A stretch of 64,000 nucleotides of DNA, taken from assembly GCA_963797495.1 (NCBI GenBank), contig CAWCPN010000002.1, positions 2,345,953-2,409,952 on the forward strand. The letters run 5' to 3'. Position 1 is the first letter of the stretch. Each line of letters opens with the position of its first letter. The translations under genes were made by a program, and so were the position numbers. The DNA comes from an uncultured Acidobacteriota bacterium (GTDB lineage Bacteria; Acidobacteriota; Thermoanaerobaculia; UBA5066; Gp7-AA6). The notes beneath the pieces were generated by a model that saw nothing but the letters and a program-made list of their open reading frames with translations, did no database searches and was not told the DNA's origin. Shown piece after piece: positions 14,184 to 23,371 of this stretch.

Positions 14184-14788
14184 AGACGGCGGACGTCGAT
14201 GCGTGCCTCGACGAGCGCGGCCTCGAGCGCGTCGGCGAGGGAGCGCCGGACCTCGAGCTCGAAAACGGGATCCGGCTCGAAGCGCTCGGAGGCCAGCCGC
14301 ACCTCGGGCGGACGCAGGAGCCGCCGGAGCGCTCCGGCGTGCGCGTGGGAGCATCGCGCCTCCAGGCGGACGGTTTCGTAGATGGTCCGGGAGCCGCAGG
14401 CCGCGAGCGCGAGGCCCGCGGATTCCCGGTACGCTCGGGCGAGGCCGCCGGTGCCGAGCTTCGTGCCGCCGTAGTACCGCACCACCGCGGCCACGACGTC
14501 GGCCAGGCCCGAGGCGCCGATCGCGGCCGCGATGGGCCGGCCCGCCGTCCCCGCGGGCTCTCCCGCGTCCGAGGCGCGAAGGGCCGGGGCGCTGCCGCCT
14601 CCGATCTTCCAGGCGAACGCCACGTGCGTCGCGTCGTGGTGCTCGCGGCGAAGTCTCTGGAGGAACTCCTCGGCTTGCGGGGGCGACGCCGCGGGCGCCG
14701 CGAAGCCCAGAAACCGGGACGCCTTTTCACGAAGCTCGCCCCTTCCCTCCCCCGCGGGGACCAGGCGCGCATCGGGCGCGGAACTCAC
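14180..14788 (-). CDS. yigZ: YigZ/IMPACT family protein
   Basis: KASRFLG, ATHVAFAW, SDAGEPAGTAGRP, RYYGGTKLGTGGL. Confidence 0.9.
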   Translation of the reverse strand: MSSAPDARLVPAGEGRGELREKASRFLGFAAPAASPPQAEEFLQRLRREHHDATHVAFAWKIGGGSAPALRASDAGEPAGTAGRPIAAAIGASGLADVVAAVVRYYGGTKLGTGGLARAYRESAGLALAACGSRTIYETVRLEARCSHAHAGALRRLLRPPEVRLASERFEPDPVFELEVRRSLADALEAALVEARIDVRRL

Positions 14789-15912
14789 GTTCCGAGCGTC
14801 GTCTCGTAGAGGGCGCGGTACCGCGAGACCAGGTCCTCGGTCGGGAAGTCCCGCTCGGCGCGCCGCCGCGCCTCCGCGGAAAACCTCTCCCAGAGCGGGG
14901 CGTCCGAGAGCAGCCGCAACGCCGCTTCCGCCATTCCCTCGACGTCGCCGACGGGGCGAAGGTAGCCGTCGACGCCGTCCCGGACGACCTCGGGAAGACC
15001 GCCCGCGGCCGTGCCGACGACCGGAACGCCGCAGGCCATCGCCTCGAGGGCGGCGAGACCGAACGATTCGGCGTCCGACGGCAGCAGGAGCAGCCGCGCC
15101 GCCGGAAGGATGGTCTCGATCGCGGCGACGTTTCCGAGGAAGGTGGTCTTCGAGGCGAACCCGCCCTGGCGGGCCTGCCGCTCCGCGAGCGACCGGTCGG
15201 GTCCGTCGCCGACGAGGAGCAGGTGCGCCGGCATCGCCTTCTGCACGCGCTCGAAGACGGCGAGAACGTCGCCGACGCGCTTGACCGGCCGGAAGTTCGA
15301 GACGTGGACGAGGAGGGCCTCGCCCGCGGGGGCGAGCGACCGGGCGAACTCCGACGCTCCCTCCGGCCGGTACCGCCGGGTGTCGACGAAGTTGGGAACG
15401 ACCTCGATCTCCCGCCGGACGCCGAACTCGCGCACCGTGACGTCTTTCAGGTAGCGGGAGACGGCCGTCACGGCATCGCTGCGCTCGATCGACCAGCGCG
15501 TGATCGGAAGATAGGAGCGGTCCTGGCCGACGATGGTCACGTCGGTGCCGTGGAGCGTCGTGACCACCTTCAGCCGGACCCCGTTCCCGTTGCCCATCTC
15601 ACGGGCCAGGATGGCGGAAACGGCGTGCGGCAGGGCGTAGTGGACGTGGAGCAGGTCGAGGTGAGCCAGCCCGGCCACCTCGGCCATCTTCGTCGCGAGC
15701 GCCAGCGTGTAGGGAGGCGACACGAACAGGGGGTAGCTCGGCGCGACGACCTCGTGGAAATGCACGCGTTCGCGGGGCAGCTCGAGACGCGAAGGCAGGG
15801 CGTAAGAGATGAAGTGCACTTCGTCGCCGCGAGCGGCCAGCGCGATTCCGAGCTCGGTCGCGACGACGCCGCTGCCACCGAAGGTCGGATAGCAGGTGAT
15901 GCCGATCTTCAT
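14785..15912 (-). CDS. bshA: N-acetylglucosaminyl-malate synthase BshA
   Basis: MKIGITCYPTFGGSGVVATELG, HVHYALPHA, TTLHGTD, HVSNFRPVKR, ESFGLAALEAM. Confidence 0.95.
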   Translation of the reverse strand: MKIGITCYPTFGGSGVVATELGIALAARGDEVHFISYALPSRLELPRERVHFHEVVAPSYPLFVSPPYTLALATKMAEVAGLAHLDLLHVHYALPHAVSAILAREMGNGNGVRLKVVTTLHGTDVTIVGQDRSYLPITRWSIERSDAVTAVSRYLKDVTVREFGVRREIEVVPNFVDTRRYRPEGASEFARSLAPAGEALLVHVSNFRPVKRVGDVLAVFERVQKAMPAHLLLVGDGPDRSLAERQARQGGFASKTTFLGNVAAIETILPAARLLLLPSDAESFGLAALEAMACGVPVVGTAAGGLPEVVRDGVDGYLRPVGDVEGMAEAALRLLSDAPLWERFSAEARRRAERDFPTEDLVSRYRALYETTLGT

Positions 15913-15916
15913 CGGG

Positions 15917-16640
15917 TCAGAAGCCCGGCTCGGAGCCCTCGAAGGCCTGGACGAGGTCGGGGACGCGCGGCGGGAAGCGGGCGAGGAAGCCTTCCGCGAA
16001 CTCGACGTTGATCATCATGCCGAACTCGCGGGCCCGCGCCTCGATGACGTCGAGGAACTGCTTCTGCGCCAGAATCGTCGACGGGCTCCGCCGAGCCGTC
16101 CTTGTGAAACTGGCTTTCGAAGGCGCGCATGGCGGCCCGCCGCGTCTCGATCACGTCCGATACGTCGACGAGAAAGTCCGGGCGGCGCGAGTCGAAAGTC
16201 GAAAAGTAGACCGTCTGCTGCGGGCGGTGCGCGGGGTGGTGCGTCTCGAGTTTCCGGGTTCCGGCGTAGTAGGCGGCGTCGGTAACGAGCTGGCCGGCGC
16301 GCCGGTGGTCGGGGTGGCGGTCGTCGGGGTAGGGCGTGAGGACGACGCGCGGCTTTTCGCGCCGGATCAGATCGATGACGGCGAGCTCCTCCTCGCGTCC
16401 GCGCCGCAGTCCGCTGTCGCCGAGGTCGAGCGACTCGCGAAACTCGGCGCCCAGGATCTCGGCGGCCCGGCGGGCCTCCCGCGCGCGGATCTCCGCCGTG
16501 CCGCGCGTACCCATTTCGCCGCGCGTCAGGTCCACGATGCCGAACCGGTAGCCTCGCTGCTTGAGCTTGACGAGCGTGCCGCCACAGGTCAGCTCGACGT
16601 CATCCGGGTGCGCGGCGATGGCCAGAACGTCAACCGGCAT
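15917..16640 (-). CDS. bshB1: Bacillithiol deacetylase BshB1 (apparent frameshift near 16080)
   Basis: AHPDDVEL, DLTRGEMGTRG, DRHPDH, AFESQF; C-terminal FAEGF in shifted frame. Confidence 0.9.
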
Positions 16641-18183
16641 TCGAAGTTCCCTCCTCCAGGCCCAGGTCCACGATCGCCACACCCGCCGCGCCGGTTCCGG
16701 CGACGCGCCGGAGGCCCGCGAGCACGTCCTCGCGCCCGAAGGCGAGCATGGGCGAGAGCGGGGGATAGATTCGCTCGGCGGGGATCGGTCCGCGAGACGG
16801 GAGCAGCGCGCGCTCGAGCCGCTTGCGCCGATTCGACGCGACGTCTCCCTGGCGTTCGGCGGCCTTGCGCGCCCGGTCGGCGAGCTGCTCGAACTGGTAG
16901 GCGATCTTCTTCGCGGCGTTCTCGAGAGCGCCGGTGAGGGAGGCGTCCAGCTTCGCCAGCTCCGGTCCGAGCGCCGCGAGGTCCCTCTCGACGCCGCCGG
17001 CCAGGCCCGCCAGCGCATCGGCCTGCGGAACGGGGACCGGAGGCGCCGCCGGGGGAGGCTGGAGGAGCTCCTCCTCCGCGATCCCGAGCTGTTCGGCCAG
17101 GCGCCGTTCGGCCGGGCCGCGCAGGACCACGTGCGTGCGCGGAACGAGAACGGGGGGCCGGACTCCGAGCAGCGGAAATATCGGAAGACTCTGGGCGTGG
17201 TAGGCGATCTCCGCCGCTCCGAGAACGCTGACCGCCATGGGGAAGAGATACGACTTCAGGGCCGGCCGGGTTATGACGTCGGCCGACGGGAAGCCCTCGC
17301 CGGCCCGCACCCGCGCGACCGCGCCGGGCAGGTCGGCGACGCGGCGGCGGCCGTCCCCGTCGATCAGGAAGAACGAGAAGGCGTCCGGCACCGGCGCCGG
17401 GACCGGCTTTCCGGAGCGGCGCAGCTCCTCTTCGGTCCGGCGCAGCGTCGCCTGGAGCTCCGCCGACTTCTCCGCCGCGGCGAGAAAGAGCTCGGCCGTG
17501 GCCGGGCGGGCCTCCGGCGAGAGCGGGGCCAGGACGAGAAGCGGATCGGGGTCCACGAGGTCGAGCAGAGTCTCGATGAACGCCTCGCCGTAGAGCGTTC
17601 CGGGGCGGCTGCGTCCCGCGAAGGCGTCGAGGACGCGGACCGCGGCCTCATGGTGCGCGTCGGGCCGGAAGGCGTCCACGATGCCTCGGATCCCGTCCGG
17701 GATCGGGAGGCGGCCGACGGGCTGTCGGTTCTGCCGGTCGGCGCCCTCGAGAACGAGCTCCTGCGGCCCCTCCGGCGTGGGCCGGGCGGTGCGGGCGATC
17801 TCCTGGAGATCGTGATCGTCGGTCAGCGCCCAGAACACCGGCACGGCCGGAACGCCGCGTCCCGTCAGCTCGCGCGCGATGCCGATGGCGTCGAGCGCCT
17901 TCATCAGCGTGAAGACCGGGCCGGTGAAAATCCCGACCTGGTGACCGGCCGACACGCCGACGGCGCGCCCGGCCGCGAGGTCCTCGGCCATCCGGGCCGC
18001 CTCCCCGCCCCGGTGCCGGAAGGCGGAGGCCGGCACGCGGGCCCGGGCGCCGGAGGCAAGCAGCTCCCGGCCCCGCTTCGCGGCGGCGTCGAGCGTCGGC
18101 GGGTCGGGGTAGAACTCGGGCAGGCCCCGGAGGAAGTCGTGGAAGAGGGGCGAGAGGCCGGGGTATTTCGAGTAGGGAATCAT
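16630..18183 (-). CDS. bshC: Bacillithiol cysteine-adding enzyme BshC
   Basis: GHQVGIFTGP..TLMKA, VPVFWALTDDHDLQEI, GAAEIAYHAQ, PAER; adjacent to bshB1/bshA. Confidence 0.9.
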   Translation of the reverse strand: MIPYSKYPGLSPLFHDFLRGLPEFYPDPPTLDAAAKRGRELLASGARARVPASAFRHRGGEAARMAEDLAAGRAVGVSAGHQVGIFTGPVFTLMKALDAIGIARELTGRGVPAVPVFWALTDDHDLQEIARTARPTPEGPQELVLEGADRQNRQPVGRLPIPDGIRGIVDAFRPDAHHEAAVRVLDAFAGRSRPGTLYGEAFIETLLDLVDPDPLLVLAPLSPEARPATAELFLAAAEKSAELQATLRRTEEELRRSGKPVPAPVPDAFSFFLIDGDGRRRVADLPGAVARVRAGEGFPSADVITRPALKSYLFPMAVSVLGAAEIAYHAQSLPIFPLLGVRPPVLVPRTHVVLRGPAERRLAEQLGIAEEELLQPPPAAPPVPVPQADALAGLAGGVERDLAALGPELAKLDASLTGALENAAKKIAYQFEQLADRARKAAERQGDVASNRRKRLERALLPSRGPIPAERIYPPLSPMLAFGREDVLAGLRRVAGTGAAGVAIVDLGLEEGTSNAG

Positions 18184-18914
18184 GACGGCCTCCCGGGCTT
18201 TCGCGCGAGGACGATCAGCCTCGGCGAATCGGGGCCGACCGGCGCCGCGTCGAAGCCACCCCACATCGCCGCGACGGGAAGTCCCGCCTGGCAAAACAGC
18301 GCGGCGAGCTCGTCGGCGCCGTATGCGCGGACACTTTCGCGAAAGATCTCCGTCGATCCCTCGCGGCGGACCTCGATCTCCTTCTCGATGCGGCGGGTCG
18401 CGGCGTTCCAGCTGCGGCGGATCGTGTACTGCTTCTCGCCGCAGCACCGGCGCTCTTCCGGCACGAGCCGGCTCACGACGAAGTCCCGGGCGAACGTGTC
18501 GCAGAGGAAGGCGCCCCCCGGTCGCAGGACGCGCTCGATCTCGGCGACGACCGCCACGTTCTCGGATTCGCGCAGGAAATAGCCGAAGCTCGTGAAGAAG
18601 TTGACGACGGCGGTGAAGGCGCCGTCCGAGAACGGCAACGCGCGCATGTCGCCCCGCACGAGGAAGAGGCAACGGTCGCGGCGTCGCGCCAGATCGAGGA
18701 GCGGCGCCGAGTAGTCGAGGCCGATCGGGGCCACGCCGGCCTCGGCGAAGGGGACCGAGTGCCGGCCGGAGCCGCAGCAGAGGTCGAGCAGGGGCGCGGG
18801 GTCGGGCGGCAGGTGCTCCAGCGCGAAGGCGGCCTCGCGGCGGGCCGCGTCGAGGTCCCGGTGGGGGTAGAGGTCGAGGTACTCCTCGCCGAACCAGGAC
18901 TCCCACCACGTCAT
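18180..18914 (-). CDS. Class I SAM methyltransferase, candidate bacillithiol N-methyltransferase
   Basis: LLDLCCGSGRH, GDMR, FTSFGYF; ATGA coupling to bshC. Confidence 0.85.
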   Translation of the reverse strand: MTWWESWFGEEYLDLYPHRDLDAARREAAFALEHLPPDPAPLLDLCCGSGRHSVPFAEAGVAPIGLDYSAPLLDLARRRDRCLFLVRGDMRALPFSDGAFTAVVNFFTSFGYFLRESENVAVVAEIERVLRPGGAFLCDTFARDFVVSRLVPEERRCCGEKQYTIRRSWNAATRRIEKEIEVRREGSTEIFRESVRAYGADELAALFCQAGLPVAAMWGGFDAAPVGPDSPRLIVLARKPGRPS

Positions 18915-18961
18915 GGCGCGCGATTATGGCAGACGGGTCGGAGGCGTTAGAGTTGCGCGCG

Positions 18962-20296
18962 ATGAAGGTCTTCCGCATCGCGCTTCTGCTGCTGGTCGTC
19001 CCCGTCGCCGCCTCCGCACAGCGGCCGCCGCGCCCGACGCCGACCCCCGCGCCGTCGCCCGGTCCGCTCAAGATCACGGCGCGCAAGGAACGGATGGATC
19101 GCTACCTCCTGGCGGCGATGCGCCGGTCCGGTGTCGACACGTGGCTGTTGCTGACGCGCGAGTACACGACCGACCCCGTGGCCTTCGACGTGGCCGCGGA
19201 CAACGCCGTCGGCCGCGCCGCGTGCCTCTTCGTCGACCGCGGGGAAACGCTCGAGCGCGTCGCGATCGTCGCGAGCTACGACACCAATGCGTTCGAGACG
19301 TCCGGGCTCTACACGCGGGTGATCCCGTACGGCAAGGAGGGCGCGGGTCCGGCCCTGCGGGAACAGATCGGGTTGTACTCGCCCAAGGTGATCGCGGTGG
19401 ATCAGTCCAAGGATCTCGCCCTGGCCGACGGCCTGACGGCCGGGAACCTCCAGTGGCTGCGCGACACGCTGGGGCCGGACCTTTCCAAGCGACTCGTGTC
19501 CGCGGAGGCCCTGCTCGTCTCGTTCCGCAGCCGGAAGACCCCGGCGGAGATCGCGAAGATGCGCGAGGCCGTGCGGAAGACCGAGAGGATCCTGGAGGAG
19601 GCGCTCTCACCCAACGTGATCACTCCCGGAAAGACCACGGAGAGGGACGTCGCCGACTACATCCGCAGCCGCCGGTCGGAGCTGGGTCTGGGTCCGTCCT
19701 GGGGCGAGGATCACGATCCCAACGTCACGGCAGGCGTCGCCCGCGGTCACTCCGGGGCGACGGACGCTCCGATTACGCCGGGCGCCGTGATCCACATCGA
19801 CGCCGGCGTCGATGACGACGGGTACAAGACGGACATCCAGCGCCTCGCCTACGTGCTGCGCCCCGGTGAGACGAAGGCGCCCGAGGATGTCCAGCAGGCT
19901 TTCGACACCGTCAAGGCGGCCAATCGGGCGGCCGCCGCGGCCCTCAAACCCGGCGTCCGCGGCGCGGCCGTCGACGCCGCGGGCCGCAAGGTGATCACCG
20001 ACGCGGGGTACGCCGAGTTCGTGCATGCCACGGGGCACCCGATCGGTTTCTACACGCACGACATCGGCCCGCTGCTCGCACCGGATTGGCCGGACCGGTA
20101 CGGGAAGCTCGGCGACTACACGATCGAACGGGACCAGACCTTCGCCATCGAGCCGAGCCTGCAGACGGAGCTGCCGTGGATGATGGGAGGGACGGTGGGA
20201 TTCGGCCTCGAGGAGGACTACGTCGTGACCGAAAAGGGAAGCGAGCCGCTGGGCTCGCTGCAGGAATCTCTGATCCTGATCCCGAGCGCCCCGTGA
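18962..20296 (+). CDS. Exported M24 (Xaa-Pro) metallopeptidase
   Basis: Signal peptide; HIDAG..YKTDIQR, HATGHPIG..HD, IEP, LEED. Confidence 0.88.
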   Translation: MKVFRIALLLLVVPVAASAQRPPRPTPTPAPSPGPLKITARKERMDRYLLAAMRRSGVDTWLLLTREYTTDPVAFDVAADNAVGRAACLFVDRGETLERVAIVASYDTNAFETSGLYTRVIPYGKEGAGPALREQIGLYSPKVIAVDQSKDLALADGLTAGNLQWLRDTLGPDLSKRLVSAEALLVSFRSRKTPAEIAKMREAVRKTERILEEALSPNVITPGKTTERDVADYIRSRRSELGLGPSWGEDHDPNVTAGVARGHSGATDAPITPGAVIHIDAGVDDDGYKTDIQRLAYVLRPGETKAPEDVQQAFDTVKAANRAAAAALKPGVRGAAVDAAGRKVITDAGYAEFVHATGHPIGFYTHDIGPLLAPDWPDRYGKLGDYTIERDQTFAIEPSLQTELPWMMGGTVGFGLEEDYVVTEKGSEPLGSLQESLILIPSAP

Positions 20297-20925
20297 GGGG
20301 TCCGAAGCTCGCGTCGACGCTCGCCCTCGCGCTGGCGATCGGCTGCGGAGGCGGCCTCAAGACGATCACGAAGGACGGTTACACCGCCGTGCTCGCCTAC
20401 TCCTCCCAGGAGCGATACGCGGTGGCCGTGCGCGGCGAGTCGCGCCGGATCGAGGGCGAGGCCGACGGCGCGCCGCTCGTCAAGGTCGCGCGCCCCGACT
20501 TGAAGACGGTGTGGCAATACCGGCCCACGACGAAGAAGCTCTTCGCCTCCGCCTGGGCCCCGACCGACGAGATCGTGCCGGGCTATCCCCTCGAGCCCCA
20601 CTTCGATCCACATGCGTACGCCGACCGTTTCGGCGGGCAGATCGAACGGATCGGCGACGATACCCACGGCCTGCACCCGTGTACTCGCTGGCGGATGACC
20701 CTGCCCTCGGGCGACACGGTCACGATCTGGGCGGCCCGGGACCTCGAGGACCTCGCCGTCAAGATCGAGCACGTCAAGAAGGACGAAAACGACGAGTCGC
20801 AGCCCTTCACGACGACCGAGCTGCTCGACGTTCGTGTCGGCGCTTCCGCCTCGCTCTTCGAAAAGCCCAAGGGCTACACCGAGGTCAAGACCTACGAGGA
20901 CCTCGGCAAGCCGGGGCCTGGCTAG
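20293..20925 (+). CDS. Putative lipoprotein (DUF4412-like)
   Basis: GTGA coupling, lipobox AIGC, C-terminal SLFEKPKGY. Confidence 0.6.
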   Translation: MRGPKLASTLALALAIGCGGGLKTITKDGYTAVLAYSSQERYAVAVRGESRRIEGEADGAPLVKVARPDLKTVWQYRPTTKKLFASAWAPTDEIVPGYPLEPHFDPHAYADRFGGQIERIGDDTHGLHPCTRWRMTLPSGDTVTIWAARDLEDLAVKIEHVKKDENDESQPFTTTELLDVRVGASASLFEKPKGYTEVKTYEDLGKPGPG

Positions 20926-20938
20926 GCCCCCTTCCCCC

Positions 20939-20964
20939 GGGGCGGCCACGAGGGCCGCCCCTGC
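20939..20964 (-). repeat. REP hairpin variant
   Basis: Minus strand GCAGGGGCGGCC-CTCGT-GGCCGCCCC; same loop as 4044-4070 with a compensatory stem change. Confidence 0.75.
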
Positions 20965-21002
20965 GACCGGGCCGCCGATTTCGCCGCAACGCAGCATCAG
21001 TT

Positions 21003-21164
21003 CGCGGCGCGGAAAGTCTCCCGACCGAAGGGAGGGAGGAGGTCCGCGCCGCGGGAGCGAAGCGCGCCGCGAGGGGTCAGGCCTGCGGTCGAGCGCGCAA
21101 CCGCGCGAGCCGCAGGGCCGGTGCGTCCGCAGGACGCAGACCCCGCGCAAGCGCGGAGCGACGG
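21003..21164 (+). repeat. Structured intergenic repeat, copy B
   Basis: Colinear with the reverse complement of 3855-4012; covarying stems. Confidence 0.8.
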
Positions 21165-21168
21165 ACGG

Positions 21169-22248
21169 TTACGCCGCGATTCGCTCTCTTCCCCGGATCG
21201 GCCGCAGCGGCTCGAAGTCGCGGAAGAGGATGTGGTCGTAAAAGTAGTGCACCAGGAGGAACGACAGCACGACCACGTAGTAGCTCCGGTCCTGCGGGAA
21301 ATCGAGTCCCTTCCAGAGGATCAGGTAGATGACGCCGGCGGAAAAGGTCGCGCCGATCATCGAGAGGTAGAACTTCCTGGTGTTCTCCTTCCCGGCGAGC
21401 GCGCGCGCGAGGCCGCTGCCGATCCGGCCCGTGTCGGCCTCGCGGCCGAGCATGAACCAGGTCAGCGCCAGGTACTGGAGCGAGTGCCACGTGTTGAAGC
21501 CCTGGAACGACATGTCGAGGTTGTCGAAGACCGGGACCACGAACGCCATGGCCACGGTCATGGTCATGAAGAGCAGGCGCGGCCAGGACGTCTCGCCCCG
21601 CTTGATCTCGCGCAGGGTCCGGGCCACGTAGAAGACGAAGAAGGCGGCGTAGCCCACGGTGAAGGCCACGGCCACCGCGCGATGCTTCAGGAAGCTCGGG
21701 AAGAGCAGCACGGCGTCGCCCAGCGCGAACCGGTTCTCGACGAACTTGTACATCGCCATGAGGTAGAGCGCCCCGAGGATCACGGCGCCGTCGAGCCAGC
21801 GATCCAGAGCGCGCACGGGAGATCCGGTGCGCATCCGGTAGGTCTCGGAGATGAACTGGGCCTGGTGCGTCACGTGAAGCGAGGCCCAGAGGAAGAAGCC
21901 GGTCAGGAGCAGAACGAACGCATAGAGCGACCCGAGGACGACCAGGGTCGGGATGACGATGAGCGGCAGATAGGCCAGTAGCCCCCAGCGCCGGCGAAAC
22001 CGGGGCTCGAAGGCCGTCCGCAGGTACGTGGAGTACATGTGCGGCCCGCCCACGAGGACCGTCACCGACAGGCCGACGATCAGGCCCGATGTCCCCTCGG
22101 AGACCCCGACCTTCGTGAGGAACCCGTACGAAAGGTACGGGAGGAACACCAGAGCCCCCGAAAGGGTCAGGAAGAGCAGATCGAATCGCTTGTCGCGAAT
22201 CCAGAGGGCGGAATCCTCTCGCGGACCCGCCATGGCCGTGGACGACAT
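21169..22248 (-). CDS. Polytopic membrane protein with His motifs, function unknown
   Basis: GGGGAGG SD, many TM segments, PHMYST / HVTHQ / WHSLQY / HYFYDH. Confidence 0.75.
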   Translation of the reverse strand: MSSTAMAGPREDSALWIRDKRFDLLFLTLSGALVFLPYLSYGFLTKVGVSEGTSGLIVGLSVTVLVGGPHMYSTYLRTAFEPRFRRRWGLLAYLPLIVIPTLVVLGSLYAFVLLLTGFFLWASLHVTHQAQFISETYRMRTGSPVRALDRWLDGAVILGALYLMAMYKFVENRFALGDAVLLFPSFLKHRAVAVAFTVGYAAFFVFYVARTLREIKRGETSWPRLLFMTMTVAMAFVVPVFDNLDMSFQGFNTWHSLQYLALTWFMLGREADTGRIGSGLARALAGKENTRKFYLSMIGATFSAGVIYLILWKGLDFPQDRSYYVVVLSFLLVHYFYDHILFRDFEPLRPIRGRERIAA

Positions 22249-22330
22249 TCCAACCTCCCCCGAGCGAAAAGCGGCTTAATCCTACCAAGCCCGCCAGGCG
22301 GGCGGGGACCGGTAAGATTATCGGTTCCCG

Positions 22331-23317
22331 ATGCTGCAACTCGGCCCCGTCCGGATCGACCCTCCGCTGGTGCTCGCCCCCATGGCGGGCATCACGGACC
22401 ACGTCTACCGGCTGATGCTGCGCCGGATCGGCGGGGTCGGCCTGGTCACGATGGAGTTCATCTCGTCCGAAGCGATCACACGCGGCAATGCGCGCCAGCT
22501 GCGCAAGCTCTTTTTCTCCGACGAAGAGCGCCCGCTGTCGATCCAGATCTACGGCTCGGACCCCGACCGCATGGCGGCCGCCGCCGACATCGTCGAGGAG
22601 CTCGCCCCGGACGCATGCGACATCAACATGGGTTGCCCGGCCAACAAGGTCCTGAAGGGCTGCGCGGGCGCGGCGCTCATGGGGGATCTCCCGCTGGCCC
22701 GACGCATCGTCCGGGCCGTCCGGGCGCGGCTCTCGATTCCGCTGACCGTGAAGTTCCGGCTCGGACTCGACGACGGGCGCGCCAACTTTCTCGACCTCGC
22801 GGCGATGTGCGAGGACGAGGGCGTGGCGGCCGTGGCGATGCACGCGCGCACGGCGCGCCAGATGTACACGGGCCGCGCCGACCACGCGCGCATCGCGGAG
22901 CTGAAGCGGCGGGTCGCGATCCCGGTCATCGGCAACGGCGACGTCGCCGCGCCCGAGGACGCGCTCACGCTGTTTCGCGAGACCGGCTGCGACGCCGTGA
23001 TGATTGGCCGCGCGACGATGAAGAACCCGTGGATCTTTCGCCAGATCGCCGACCTCATGGCGGGACGGCCGGTCCGCGAGGCCACGCTGGCCGAGCGCCG
23101 GGACCTGATGCTCGCCCATTTCGCGTCGATCGAGCAGTCCGCCCACGATTCGCGGGAGGCGCTCCACAAGCTGCGGACGATGACGGGCTGGTACACCAAC
23201 GGGCTGTCGCACGGCCGCGCCCTCCGGGTCCGGATCTCGGAGCTCGCCACGCCCGAAGACTTCCGGGCGGCGGTGTCCGACTTCTTCCGGGAAGCCGAGC
23301 TGGCGATCGCCTCGTAG
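22331..23317 (+). CDS. dusB: tRNA dihydrouridine synthase (DusB-like)
   Basis: LAPMAGITD, DINMGCP, MHART, IGNGDV, MIGR. Confidence 0.92.
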   Translation: MLQLGPVRIDPPLVLAPMAGITDHVYRLMLRRIGGVGLVTMEFISSEAITRGNARQLRKLFFSDEERPLSIQIYGSDPDRMAAAADIVEELAPDACDINMGCPANKVLKGCAGAALMGDLPLARRIVRAVRARLSIPLTVKFRLGLDDGRANFLDLAAMCEDEGVAAVAMHARTARQMYTGRADHARIAELKRRVAIPVIGNGDVAAPEDALTLFRETGCDAVMIGRATMKNPWIFRQIADLMAGRPVREATLAERRDLMLAHFASIEQSAHDSREALHKLRTMTGWYTNGLSHGRALRVRISELATPEDFRAAVSDFFREAELAIAS

Positions 23318-23371
23318 GGGGGCGGCGCTTTCGGGAATTCCGCCCCGGCGTCCCACCGTTCGAAGGTTGCG

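Noticed and set aside
23314-23346. GTAGGGGGGCGG...CCGCCCC after dus as another REP
   Set aside because: Short stem, different loop, GTAG explained by the stop codon alone; too weak
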